From Giardia intestinalis (taxonomy: Eukaryota): 64,000 nucleotides of DNA. The notes below the pieces were generated by a model. That model saw only the letters and a program-made list of their open reading frames with translations. It was not told the origin of the DNA and did not search any database. The first letter of the stretch is position 1. The number at the start of each line of letters is the position of its first letter. Below are positions 48,030 to 58,287 of this stretch, piece after piece. The DNA lies in assembly GCA_000002435.2 (NCBI GenBank), contig CM018793.1. One strand, written 5' to 3'. The position numbers were made by a program, and so were the translations under genes.

Positions 48030-51000
48030 TCACTGGCGCACGCTTGTGTACAAGGAGTATGTCTTCTGGACATACTCAGAGCACTTTGCTATCGTATCCG
48101 CCAGGATGGTACCATGTCCAGCAATCTGTGTGAGAACAGTGTTTGCCCCCTCGATTAAATTCGCATTCGTCTGATCTTCAACAATGCTAATGTGGTGATC
48201 CCCAAAGTAAAGGGAGAGGAAGGCGTACAGTGCGTGCACAAGGTTTCCGCTCATGAAGTTCGGGTCGTTGCGTGCGAACGCGCTTATTATCAACTGTATG
48301 CTAGCGATCACCTCCTCGCGGTCGGTCTGGACGGTGCTCGCAAGGTCCAGCCATGACGCCCAGAACTGTGTGAGTCCACCACTCATGTTGCCAAGCTCAG
48401 TTGGAAAGGCCTGTGCCATCCTAGCCGAGAGCGTGACAGCGTTGTCATATGCTGCCAAGGCCTCTTTGCTGACCAGCTCCCCGCTCTTTACGACTCCTAT
48501 CAACTCAGTGGCGTTCGCCAACAGCGTAGGAATGAGAATGGCTAGGCCAGGATCGCCCTCATATTTCTCAAACAGCAGTCCGGCAGTGTAGCAGCAGACT
48601 TGGTTGATCTCTACCCACTCCTTATTGAGCTTTGTGTTCTCAATTATTATGGTTACAAACGGTTCCACAAGAGACTTGGAGTTTGCCGGGCTCAGGTACT
48701 TAACGATGTCCGCCAGGATGGATACAGCACTCGTCAGGAAGGCGACTTGCGCGCCACTGATCCCGTTCTTCTTAGTGCTGGTGTAGTAATTCACCCACCT
48801 CTTGATCACAGGCATAAGGAGAGGTGACATGAAATCCAAGGAGAGATCTCCCAGGGCCTCTGCAAAGGTACCATAAACGTCTGCAAACGTCGCGATGGCA
48901 TCAGAGAAATCGTCAACAGTGTCTGAAACCATGGTCGCCGTCTCTTCTGGATCAAGGTCATCGTCGCACTCGAGATCCTGGATGCTCACTTCGAGCAACT
49001 TACGGCACTGATCCTCGAAATTCTCTAGAAGAGAAAACACCTTATTGACTGTCTCTGTATATGAAGTCATGTCTTTAGTCGAAGTGATGTACTTGCAATA
49101 GTCCATGACATACTCAGCCATCGAGTCTGCTATGCTCTGGTAAATGTCGATGTCATCAATGTTAGATTCTGTAGCAGCTATCAGCATGGTGAATGCCCTC
49201 TGGTGAACTGCAGGAGGAGAAGCCACAGTGGGAGCAGCGACGGCAACACGAAAAGCGGTGCAGATGCACTCGATGCTATTCAGTTTGAGCGATTCTGATA
49301 TGGACCCTGTGTGGAAGCTTCTGTCCTGGATCTTCGTCAAAAATGCATCCAGGTGCGGAGCAAATGCTGCAGGAGTTTTGCGCATAATGCCAGAAATAAC
49401 GTCGAAGCCGACCGCTTGTAGCTGAAGGACGTGCGGAGAAATAGTAAAGCTGCAGTCATCATCATCCGTTACCGCAAACTCGTTCACATTATCAAACTCG
49501 ATGTACTTTAGATTGAAGATGTCGTTCAACTTTGCAATGATCGGGTCCATGTACTTGGGGAAGGTTTCTGGGTAAATGTCGACTATTCTGCTGACAGCGA
49601 TTAGCGTATACTTAAGTAGAGACGACTCCGCATCATCTATGGAGAAGTTAAAGAGCTCCATGATGGCCGTCAAAAGCGGGTCGATGTGGGGAGCGAACAG
49701 CTGCGGAAGGGTTCCAGCTACAATAGAGAGACACTCCAGTATTCGAGAGATGTAGCTCAGTCGGGGCTTATTCAGCGACATGTTGGGGGACTTACGTAGA
49801 GTCTCCATTACGTTGGTGAACATGCCCAGGATGTGAGGAATGTAGTTCTTGCACATATCGGCGAAGTCATTCTTCAGAAGCGTGTTGGACAGACTAGCAA
49901 CCAGTGCAAGTGAGTTCGTATTGCTGAGGAGGTGATTGCTCTGCATGAGGTGCATAGTGATGACTGGCTCCAACGCATCCTTGTAGAGATAGGTCTCGGC
50001 CTTCTTAAGGTGCTCCAGAAAATTCACCAGGGCCCCAAGAGAGTGTGCGGCCACCGCTATGCAGGGGTCTTGGGCCATCTTTGTAAGGAGGGGCATGACC
50101 TTTTCGTGGAACGTCTGGAACGTCGGAGCATAGTCTTCCGAGAGCTGCCCAATGGCGCTGAGCACGCTATACCTGACACGCTGATGAGGATGGTTGCTCA
50201 GCTCGAGAAGGGTATCGATTGTGAAAACTATGTCCTCCTTTGTCACAAGGCGAGCAAGGCCCTCGGCGGTTATGGTGAAAATATTAGCGACGGCAAAGCA
50301 ATTGTGGACGGTTGGGTTGGCCTTGGCATAGCTAACAAAGTCTTTAATAAGCGGAAAGATCACCTTATAGCCCAAGGTTGTGGAGATTCTATCGAGAGCG
50401 CTCTCTGCGTAACCCAAGAGGCTATTCTGATCATCAAAGTGGTGCGGATCCTCCGACGTCAGCCAGGCCTGGGTCAGAGTATCGTCAAAGAGACCGCAGT
50501 ATGGGAAAATAAACTGAGAAATGATCTCGGAGATGGCCTTCTTTGCACGCTTTCGGATGTCTGAAATGTTTTCGCAAAGATAGCTGAAAAGCACTATGGT
50601 CAGTCGCTTCAGCGAGTCGTCAATCTCAGGAGGCGAGAGGATCCCTGTAACAAGTATGTGGACGTCCTTCACCATTGGCTTAAGCACTGCCCCATTCATA
50701 TCAGCTATATCTACAAGCTGCTCAAGGGCCTGCTCAGCGTCCATGAAGTTGTGCCTGCCAATCATGGCCGGCAAGCGCTGAATTATTTTATAAACAAACT
50801 GCTGAAGAACGCTGTTGGGAATTACGCTATCGTTCTTCTCGTCTTCGTCGTCAGAATCTCCGTAGAGGATCAGCGCGTTGACACACTTGATGGCAGCAAC
50901 TGCGACAGTGTCTGCCTGGTCCTCAAGGCCTGCAAATATGAGATCTATGATGGCCTTGCCGCCGATCTTTGTAACAGATGTATATGCAAGCCCACAGATG

Positions 51001-51515
51001 TACTTTATACAATTCAGGAAGCCCACGCGCAATTGGGACGTAGTCGTTGGAGCGGCGAAGTGGGTCTCAAGGGCCTGGAAGAACTCGGGAAACTGGGCAA
51101 CTCCCCCTTGTGGATCGCTCTCCAGAATCCTCTCTAGATGGACGCCAAGGATCTCACTCAGAAATCGAATGCTGTTGCTGCTTGTCTGTCCAAGCATGGT
51201 GTTCAGGATGCGGACCATGACCTCATGAACGCACTCGGGATTGCCATTCCCGGCTCTGTACACGGCCGCCACATCTCCTGATTGTTCCATGTCACGGCGG
51301 AAAAGGATGGCGGCATAATTGGAGCTTGAAGAATTGCTGCATATAACTTCAATAATGTTTGCGACATATGATGCTGGTTCCTCTTGCTTGTACTTAAAGT
51401 AAAAATCTTCCACTTCCTTGCGCTTTTGGGTGTCCTGTTCCGTTTGGCACTGCTGCAACAGATTCTGAAAGCTCGCGAGATCCATGGGCTGTGGGGGCAA
51501 TCTTTTTAATTGCAA
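48030..51515 (-). CDS. Importin-beta/karyopherin family protein (HEAT-repeat nuclear transport receptor)
   Basis: The 1161-aa ORF is an all-alpha HEAT/ARM-like solenoid. The N-terminus (DLASFQNLLQQCQTEQDTQKRKEVEDFYFKYKQEEPASYVANIIEVI...AAILFRRDM) fits the importin-N domain pattern. Confidence 0.7.
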   Translation of the reverse strand: MQLKRLPPQPMDLASFQNLLQQCQTEQDTQKRKEVEDFYFKYKQEEPASYVANIIEVICSNSSSSNYAAILFRRDMEQSGDVAAVYRAGNGNPECVHEVMVRILNTMLGQTSSNSIRFLSEILGVHLERILESDPQGGVAQFPEFFQALETHFAAPTTTSQLRVGFLNCIKYICGLAYTSVTKIGGKAIIDLIFAGLEDQADTVAVAAIKCVNALILYGDSDDEDEKNDSVIPNSVLQQFVYKIIQRLPAMIGRHNFMDAEQALEQLVDIADMNGAVLKPMVKDVHILVTGILSPPEIDDSLKRLTIVLFSYLCENISDIRKRAKKAISEIISQFIFPYCGLFDDTLTQAWLTSEDPHHFDDQNSLLGYAESALDRISTTLGYKVIFPLIKDFVSYAKANPTVHNCFAVANIFTITAEGLARLVTKEDIVFTIDTLLELSNHPHQRVRYSVLSAIGQLSEDYAPTFQTFHEKVMPLLTKMAQDPCIAVAAHSLGALVNFLEHLKKAETYLYKDALEPVITMHLMQSNHLLSNTNSLALVASLSNTLLKNDFADMCKNYIPHILGMFTNVMETLRKSPNMSLNKPRLSYISRILECLSIVAGTLPQLFAPHIDPLLTAIMELFNFSIDDAESSLLKYTLIAVSRIVDIYPETFPKYMDPIIAKLNDIFNLKYIEFDNVNEFAVTDDDDCSFTISPHVLQLQAVGFDVISGIMRKTPAAFAPHLDAFLTKIQDRSFHTGSISESLKLNSIECICTAFRVAVAAPTVASPPAVHQRAFTMLIAATESNIDDIDIYQSIADSMAEYVMDYCKYITSTKDMTSYTETVNKVFSLLENFEDQCRKLLEVSIQDLECDDDLDPEETATMVSDTVDDFSDAIATFADVYGTFAEALGDLSLDFMSPLLMPVIKRWVNYYTSTKKNGISGAQVAFLTSAVSILADIVKYLSPANSKSLVEPFVTIIIENTKLNKEWVEINQVCCYTAGLLFEKYEGDPGLAILIPTLLANATELIGVVKSGELVSKEALAAYDNAVTLSARMAQAFPTELGNMSGGLTQFWASWLDLASTVQTDREEVIASIQLIISAFARNDPNFMSGNLVHALYAFLSLYFGDHHISIVEDQTNANLIEGANTVLTQIAGHGTILADTIAKCSEYVQKTYSLYTSVRQ

Positions 51516-52305
51516 GTTTGGTAATTTTTTGGACCTGTTTTTTGGGTTTTGCCAGTCGAGTTACTGACACAGCTGTGGAAGTGCGCGTCATTCTCTTCTG
51601 CACTGCGGCCCAGATTCACCCTCTTGTTTTTTACCGAGCAGAAGCGCTTAAGCCAGGTAAATCGGCGCTCTCGTAGAAGGTCAAGCCATAGAACTGTGCC
51701 GGCAATGACGATATTAGTAGTACCAGTGCACAAAACCCGGTGATGCATCATGGGAATGCAATACTTTTAGTATGAAAGCATGTTACATGAATAGATACGA
51801 ATAGATATCAAAGATGTAGTCTTTGTGCTGCTAGAAAAATATGCAGTGTGTACCTTCACTGGGCCTTCTGTGTCCTGATGCCGTCAAGTTCACACTTCGC
51901 AAGCAATAGCTGGTAGTTGTCCAAATATACGGTCGAGAGATCGCCAAGACCACACAATGGCCTCTGTATTACCAGCCTTCAACTATACTAGCTACTATAA
52001 ACCTCTATTCAGAAAGCTGCAATCTCAGAGCATCCACAGAACCTTTTCATGCTGTGCATGGCGGTCAATGGCATATCCAAATAGAAGCCCTCGCTCACTG
52101 AACGTTGCCCAGCAACACTGACCACGTGCTTGGGCCCGATGCCACGATTTCCGCGGGTCAGTCATTTCAAACATCTAAACATTGGGTCCCTGATGTGGGC
52201 AGAAACATAGGATACAGTGATCCTGTGCTCAGCTTAAAGAGACTTATGACTCCTCACCCGCTTAGCTAAGTCGGCACTGATGTGACATTGAGAATTTACT
52301 GAGTC

Positions 52306-53202
52306 CTACAGGTAGTCTTCTACGCCGCCGTCCTCGGCCTGGACGGGCTGCATATGTTCAAGGACCTTCTCAAAGAGGAAGTTCCTGAACTTGCTCCGTG
52401 AAAAGGCCGTTCCAAGGCGCTGTTTGAGCTTCGCAGTGGCTTCTGCAAATGCTTCTAGGTCGTTGTTTTCGAGGGCTTCACTTGCCTGAGTCATGAACTC
52501 GCACTCAAAGGACCCGTTAAACGTAGGGTCTACAGAGGCGTAACGGTCGCGAGCCAAGTCCAAAGTCACCTTGTCGGGGGAGACGCACAGACAGAGAAAG
52601 GCAGTGAGGAAGTAGCCGCGTGCATGGAACTGAAGCAATTGTATCTTGGTACAATCAGTCCCGATTTCCTCTAGCAGCCTAGAGCTCTCGGCATAACTTC
52701 CATTGAGTCGTCCATTCAGCTCAGCAACGTGCTCCTTACAGGCGCGGATCTCTGTTGCGGCCGATGCTTCCTTGCTGAATAGATCCATGGCTTCCTTGTA
52801 CATTATATAGGCCTTCTCCTCTTTTCCTTGCTCCTCCAAAGTCTCTGCAAGCTCGCGCATAGCCTTGCCTGCTTGCATGAATCTTCCTGCCTCTTTTGCT
52901 GCCTCTATCATCTTAAGGAACGCAGCGTTAGCGGCATCAGGGTTGTCCTCCTTGAGCGTTGCTGCGGCTGTACTATATAAGTTGACTGCCATTTGTGGCT
53001 TTCCGCTACTCACGTGGAGATCAGCACATTTCATATATGCCTCTCCGGCCTTGGTGTAGTTCTTCGCCATCTTGTAGTAGTTGCCTGCCTTCTCGTAAAA
53101 CTCGATCGCTGAGTCCGTGTCAGGTTTCTTGAAGACCCCCCTTTTTAGCTTCGCCTCTGCCTGGCGGACATACCCCGCTGCCTGCGTCTCGTAGTCAGAC
53201 AT
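52306..53202 (-). CDS. Alpha-SNAP (soluble NSF attachment protein, TPR-like)
   Basis: The track ORF is 52306..53250. Met17 (MSDYETQAAGYVRQAEAKLKRGVFKK, parallel to the Sec17 N-terminus MSDPVELLKRAEKK) at 53200-53202 avoids overlap with the divergent gene. TPR-like repeats include YEKAGNYYKMAKNYTKAGEAYMKCADLH.... Confidence 0.7.
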   Translation of the reverse strand: MSDYETQAAGYVRQAEAKLKRGVFKKPDTDSAIEFYEKAGNYYKMAKNYTKAGEAYMKCADLHVSSGKPQMAVNLYSTAAATLKEDNPDAANAAFLKMIEAAKEAGRFMQAGKAMRELAETLEEQGKEEKAYIMYKEAMDLFSKEASAATEIRACKEHVAELNGRLNGSYAESSRLLEEIGTDCTKIQLLQFHARGYFLTAFLCLCVSPDKVTLDLARDRYASVDPTFNGSFECEFMTQASEALENNDLEAFAEATAKLKQRLGTAFSRSKFRNFLFEKVLEHMQPVQAEDGGVEDYL

Positions 53203-53229
53203 CTGCCTGAAGCCTTTAAAAATTTTAGT

Positions 53230-54201
53230 ATGGCCTCTACATGCAATCACGTCCTCGTGGCCGGCGAGCTTAAGCAGTGCATAGAACAGAATGACCTTGA
53301 TAAGCTCCTCTACTTCACTGTTCGCTATAAGAATGCAGATAAGTTGAAGATTGCAGAGGACTACTTTACCCTGACAAACCGGATGCTCACCGGCGACATT
53401 GCACGCCTCGCCTCGAAGGATGTCGGGGAACTGTTGGCAGCTAGCTGGAAATACTATCTAGACGTCAAAGCGACATTCATTCACGATGCCTTCAAGAGTA
53501 AGACGCCCCGGCGCGGTATCGAGCTTTCCCTTATGTCCAGCCCCGATGAATGGATAGGCCTTAGGAAGGCGTATGCAGGGCTCTACAAAGAGGACATGGA
53601 ACAGGTAATCCGAAAGGTGTGCCCTCAGAATACAATCACAACCCGAATTCTGATTGCCTGGATAGCGTACAGGCGTACTCCGCGAAACAGCCCCACGGAG
53701 GACATTGCTAACCTCTACGCTGCAGCCACTGGTAAAAGGGATGCTTCAGAAGAAGAACCCAGTGCTACCACAGGAAAGAAGGCCAAGAAAGGCTCCAAAG
53801 GCGGCCAAGCGGCGGGCCCAGATTGGGATTTTATACTGAAGATGATCGGAACCAGCACTCCTCAGGAATGGGCCCGCATATACAGTGGCTTCGAAAAATG
53901 CTATTCGATGTCTTTGTGCAGTGTTTTGAAGCCCCACATGAACCAGGCAGACTACAGCGCCTTTGAGTTAGCCAGCAACGTCCTTTGTGACATTGTCCAA
54001 GGAATAGCGTGCTTGCTCCACATCTATGTTACTGCAAAAGACGCCGCTGGGATCATGGGACTGGTATCCATGTACTGCGACAAATGTAACAACCTTCGCC
54101 TTGAGTATCACAAGTTCGGAGACCTCCGAAGCGACCTCGCCCGAGTGCTGACACCCGCCTCCCTACACGCCTGCCTTGTCCTCTTACAGGTTCCCGAGTA
54201 G
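53230..54201 (+). CDS. Alpha-giardin family protein (annexin-like), second paralogue in the window
   Basis: Repeat 1 (AGELKQCIEQNDLDKLLYFTVRYKNADKLKIAEDY) parallels alpha-1 giardin ANELKQAIDAKDEVQIAFIASEYSAESREKIAKAY. A later block GTSTPQEWARIYSGF parallels GTVPSAEYRPIAEAF. A Lys/Glu-rich insert separates the annexin repeats. Confidence 0.7.
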   Translation: MASTCNHVLVAGELKQCIEQNDLDKLLYFTVRYKNADKLKIAEDYFTLTNRMLTGDIARLASKDVGELLAASWKYYLDVKATFIHDAFKSKTPRRGIELSLMSSPDEWIGLRKAYAGLYKEDMEQVIRKVCPQNTITTRILIAWIAYRRTPRNSPTEDIANLYAAATGKRDASEEEPSATTGKKAKKGSKGGQAAGPDWDFILKMIGTSTPQEWARIYSGFEKCYSMSLCSVLKPHMNQADYSAFELASNVLCDIVQGIACLLHIYVTAKDAAGIMGLVSMYCDKCNNLRLEYHKFGDLRSDLARVLTPASLHACLVLLQVPE

Positions 54202-54228
54202 CCTGGCGATTGAATTTACATAGTACAA

Positions 54229-55869
54229 CTAGACTGAATCCGGCGCACCGTACTGCCTAATAAAGTAGTCTGGATACTTGTCTATCACCTGCATTAGTTT
54301 ATTGCTGAATAACCGCAATCGCTCTACGGGGACTGCGTGAAGGTCGTCGGTCTTATTAAAGCCACACACGTCTCTAGCGTTGACCATCTCCGAATAAACA
54401 ATATCCTCATGCTCACTCTTCTTATTATTCATAATATATGTTATCATTGTTCTGATTTCATCTAAAAGGGCGTCCCGCTCGCCAGCATCGTTATCTAAAG
54501 GCTGAGAAACTGCCTGCGAGGAGTGTTCTTCGTCTACGTCAATGCCAAGAAAACTTTGACTATCGGAGGCCCCGTCACCCCCGCTGGATTTTGGAGGGCA
54601 CTCAGCTGAGGGCTTAGGAACCGGGGTGCTGCTAACTGAGCCCCGTGTGCGCGGAGGGCGCTGCTCTCCCGGTGCTTCTGCAGGGGGCGGCGGACGGCGA
54701 TGAATAACGCTAACCTGAGGGACTGTTCCAGAGGAACGACGGCTCTTAGACGGCTCGATTGGTGCGTACGGAAGCATGTCACTCATATACGCATTTGCAA
54801 GCATGTGGTACAAGAGCTCCTCGGCCTCCTCGCTGACGAAATGACTGAAACAATCAGGCATGTCACTAAATTCTCGCTTCCAGGCCGAGCGGATATCTGC
54901 AAGCATCGAACCACCCATTTTATGTAGAAAGTGGTCTAATGAATTATAGCGCCGTGCATTGAAAGCAATGAGTAAGAGGTCGCGCAGAAGCTCCTGGGCA
55001 GATCTGTATGGCTTGGGCCTTCGCTCCTCATCACATTTATTTGCCGCCATCGCTCCTATCCGATAACACCAGTCGATAATACTCTTTTTATCAACGTTCT
55101 GTATCTCCTCGAGACTCAATTTCCGAATCAGTTCAACTTTCATTAAGACGTCTCCGTAGTCTGCTCTTTTATATGTTAAGAAAAGATCTGTTACCGCCAC
55201 TGTTGTCGTTACATTGGGCGGCTTGGTCTCCGCTCCTTCTCTATTACTCTCTGGAGTCTCTCCTGAAGGGCCTTGCCTGTCTGCTATCTTTTCCCCGTCT
55301 AAGCCGTTATCGCTAGCCTCAAGGCTGTTATCACCTTCGCTCTCCTGAGGTATATCCCGCCAATCATACTGGAGAAATAGTGTATTGCTTTCCAGTTGGC
55401 TTCGCGTCTCATATATTCGTGCAAGAATCGCTAGAAAGTGCATGGGGGCAGGCGTCCGATAATAGTAGCCAGGCGCTTGATGCTCCTTCTCATCTACCCG
55501 CAGCATAAAGAAATAGCGGTATTCATCGTTGCGAATAAGGCTCATTAGGATTGCCTGTAGTTTTAGAAAAAGACTGTTCATAGTGGAGCTATAAGACCCA
55601 TGAGCTACGTCGCGCTTGAGCCCAGGCTCAGCCACGAGCCGCGAATACCAGATTTTCATTTCTTCACGGGTTTTCCCGGCCACATCCGCGTCCTGGGGGA
55701 AGGGGTGCTCATTGATGATGTTTGGGGTTAAAAATGCTTGCCTCCGCATTTCCATGGAGCGCGTTAGGGAATCTATGTATTCAATGGCGCACAAGTAGAG
55801 CCCCGCGTAGTAGGCACCGCTTTCATGGTGTCCAGACGCCCCTCCGGAAGCCCTACTTTTTGCTGGCAT
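54229..55869 (-). CDS. Bromodomain-containing protein
   Basis: The 546-aa ORF has a bromodomain-like block ADYGDVLMKVELIRKL...KPYRSAQELLRDLLLIAFNARRYNSLDHFLHKMGGSMLADI, covering the Y..F..D..L...NA..YN core. The C-terminus is Pro/Ser-rich. Confidence 0.55.
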   Translation of the reverse strand: MPAKSRASGGASGHHESGAYYAGLYLCAIEYIDSLTRSMEMRRQAFLTPNIINEHPFPQDADVAGKTREEMKIWYSRLVAEPGLKRDVAHGSYSSTMNSLFLKLQAILMSLIRNDEYRYFFMLRVDEKEHQAPGYYYRTPAPMHFLAILARIYETRSQLESNTLFLQYDWRDIPQESEGDNSLEASDNGLDGEKIADRQGPSGETPESNREGAETKPPNVTTTVAVTDLFLTYKRADYGDVLMKVELIRKLSLEEIQNVDKKSIIDWCYRIGAMAANKCDEERRPKPYRSAQELLRDLLLIAFNARRYNSLDHFLHKMGGSMLADIRSAWKREFSDMPDCFSHFVSEEAEELLYHMLANAYMSDMLPYAPIEPSKSRRSSGTVPQVSVIHRRPPPPAEAPGEQRPPRTRGSVSSTPVPKPSAECPPKSSGGDGASDSQSFLGIDVDEEHSSQAVSQPLDNDAGERDALLDEIRTMITYIMNNKKSEHEDIVYSEMVNARDVCGFNKTDDLHAVPVERLRLFSNKLMQVIDKYPDYFIRQYGAPDSV

Positions 55870-55939
55870 CGATTTTTATGTTTGGAAAATCATAAAATAA
55901 TTTGATAATTTGACATTTATTTCCGTGGGCCTTTTACTC

Positions 55940-57652
55940 TTATTCTGGATTACTAGAGGATTCCCAGCCCCGTCCCCTAGGTGTACTGTTACCGCTGGTG
56001 CTGCCAGAGCCAACTGTCCCGCTTTCTCCCAGTGAGCTTCCGCTTCCAAGCATGTGCTCCATGGGCTTAGCCTCAGAAAGTTGCTTGCCTGTAGCCGCTG
56101 TTTTCCTGCTATCCTCGATTTGTGCAACGTTTGGATCACTCATTCGACTCAGTATCTTATACCGGCACACACTATAAGCAAACATACAGATCCCAATGAT
56201 CGCTGAAATGGCGTCTCCGATTGGAAATGGAAATAGGTAGTCGCCCTGGTCTCCGTTCACTGACGCTGTAATGATGAGTATGACTATGGTTGTCACAGTC
56301 CTGGGTAGTGGCAGTAGGATGCTCAGTAGTGAGCGACCCTCAAGCTGAGCAAGCACAGTCATGATGCAGTACGCCGGCATGAGGGGAGGAGTAATGAAAG
56401 CAAGCTTTCCTGTTTGCTTGAGATACTTCTGGAGAAGGATCACGTCGTCAGTGGGCTTGCGAATTAGAGGTTGGACAGCCAAGAGCAGAGGCTCAGCAAG
56501 GGGCCCCAAGATAACGCATACAAGCGTGCTCGCTATGGTCATAAACATGAATGCAAACAACATGGCCTTGTACATACGCGAGTACTTTCTGAGTACTAAG
56601 TTATAGTTTGTAGTGATTGCAAATCCTGATAGTAGCCCATTGTTGATGACATTGGCTGCCTCACGCATGAGTAGATAGTTATAAAACGCTATACGCCGAG
56701 CATGCATAGAGGTACGGTCTGTGTACTTAATGCCGTAGAGTATGTTGACCAGTGCTACTAACACATCATCTATGGATTCAAGAAACCAGTGCAGCATCCC
56801 GATAAGGAAGACCTTTAGTAATATGCGACCATTTAGTGGGAACAGCCGCTTTGTAGAAAACTTGAGCCCACCTTTCAAGGCTACTTGAAGAACCGTCTTC
56901 CGGAAGACGAGCATTGTCAACCAGATGGACACGAACAGATGAGCTATTATGTTTCCGGTTCCAGCCGCTATCAACCCTCCTTCGTTGGCCGTTGCTCCGT
57001 ACATATACGCTATATAATACGATATGGAACAAAAGAGTACAGAAAGCACAGAAAGCAGCCCACTGCGTACAATATCTACAAAGGTACGATTCTCCAGACG
57101 AACAAATGGAGACATACCTATAGTCACGACATTGAAGAGCGTGGACATGCCTGTCATCAGGGCGAAGTAAGGCGTAGAGAAGCTTATTGCAGATGTTGCA
57201 GACATCGTTACAAAACAAGCAAGGGATTGATACCAGCTAGTGAAGAGCAAGGGAATAAGGAGAGCCCATATCGCCGCCATAAAGAAGTAATGAGAGTAGT
57301 AAACGTTGGCGATTTGAATTTGCATTTGCCCCAGTGCACGCCCCGCAAATCTGGCCGATGCTTTGGCGAGGGCAAGGATAGGGTGCTGGCAAAGGAGAGA
57401 AATAATCGGTTGATATGTTGCAAAAAGGGAAGTGGATCGAAAGCCTGAATAATGAAACACCTGAACGTAAATAACCATCTTCGCTACAACGGCGAGGAGG
57501 GAGCTAACAATAGAAGCGCCAGCATGCCTCCAGAGAAGACTGTGCACAGGCTGGGTGGATAGTTGGAAGATTTTCCCATCGACCATGCTGGATGCCACTG
57601 AAGATGAAAAGTCAGAGCTAGCATCATCGGAGCTGTCGTAGTCGTCTGCCAT
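55940..57652 (-). CDS. Polytopic membrane protein, MOP/MATE-flippase-like (about 12 TM)
   Basis: The 570-aa ORF has an acidic N-terminus followed by at least 10 hydrophobic helices. The C-terminus is Ser/Gly-rich. The family assignment is tentative. Confidence 0.55.
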   Translation of the reverse strand: MADDYDSSDDASSDFSSSVASSMVDGKIFQLSTQPVHSLLWRHAGASIVSSLLAVVAKMVIYVQVFHYSGFRSTSLFATYQPIISLLCQHPILALAKASARFAGRALGQMQIQIANVYYSHYFFMAAIWALLIPLLFTSWYQSLACFVTMSATSAISFSTPYFALMTGMSTLFNVVTIGMSPFVRLENRTFVDIVRSGLLSVLSVLFCSISYYIAYMYGATANEGGLIAAGTGNIIAHLFVSIWLTMLVFRKTVLQVALKGGLKFSTKRLFPLNGRILLKVFLIGMLHWFLESIDDVLVALVNILYGIKYTDRTSMHARRIAFYNYLLMREAANVINNGLLSGFAITTNYNLVLRKYSRMYKAMLFAFMFMTIASTLVCVILGPLAEPLLLAVQPLIRKPTDDVILLQKYLKQTGKLAFITPPLMPAYCIMTVLAQLEGRSLLSILLPLPRTVTTIVILIITASVNGDQGDYLFPFPIGDAISAIIGICMFAYSVCRYKILSRMSDPNVAQIEDSRKTAATGKQLSEAKPMEHMLGSGSSLGESGTVGSGSTSGNSTPRGRGWESSSNPE

Positions 57653-57720
57653 CTACCCACAAAGACAAAGGGCGATCTAGATCCCAAGTAGTTTTTTGAA
57701 GGTGCAAAACGACTTCAGAT

Positions 57721-58287
57721 TCACTCTACTCTAACGCCGAGCTCAGTCAGCTCTTTAATAACTATGTCGACAGCATCCTTGTCAACTGGCCTGGAGCCTT
57801 CGCGGAATACACGCACTTCGAACCCTTCTCGGCGGGCGTCGATAGCGCTGTAACGAACACAAAAGTCGAATGCCAAACCAACTATGTCGCATGTCTTTAT
57901 GTGGTGCTCTCGGAGAAATTGTGCTAGTTTGGTTCCCCCGAAGCATGAGTAAGCATCCAGATCCACCTTTGTCCCTTTCCGGATGCGTACATCTGTTTTC
58001 TCTACCACTAGATCCGGGTGCAGCTGGGCCCCTGGGGTGTCCTGTACACAGTGGTCTGGCCACAGATAGTCATGATCGCCATATGGAGTGAACGGCTGCT
58101 TATTATATCGGGAAGCAAAAGAGCAATGATGTGGAGGATGCCAATCCTGAGTGATGACGACCATGTCGTAATGTCTACTTTGGCGTAACTGATTAATAAA
58201 GGGAATAACCTCTGCCCCATCGTTGATGCCCAGGGCTCCTCCTTTGCAGAAGTCGATCTGCATATCGATTATCAATAGGGCGGCCAT
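57721..58287 (-). CDS. Nicotinamidase/pyrazinamidase (isochorismatase family)
   Basis: The 188-aa ORF has ALLIIDMQIDFCKGGALGI (catalytic Asp), VVITQDWHPPHHCSF (metal-binding His), DAYSCF (catalytic Lys region) and the catalytic Cys in LAFDFCVRY. Confidence 0.85.
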   Translation of the reverse strand: MAALLIIDMQIDFCKGGALGINDGAEVIPFINQLRQSRHYDMVVITQDWHPPHHCSFASRYNKQPFTPYGDHDYLWPDHCVQDTPGAQLHPDLVVEKTDVRIRKGTKVDLDAYSCFGGTKLAQFLREHHIKTCDIVGLAFDFCVRYSAIDARREGFEVRVFREGSRPVDKDAVDIVIKELTELGVRVE

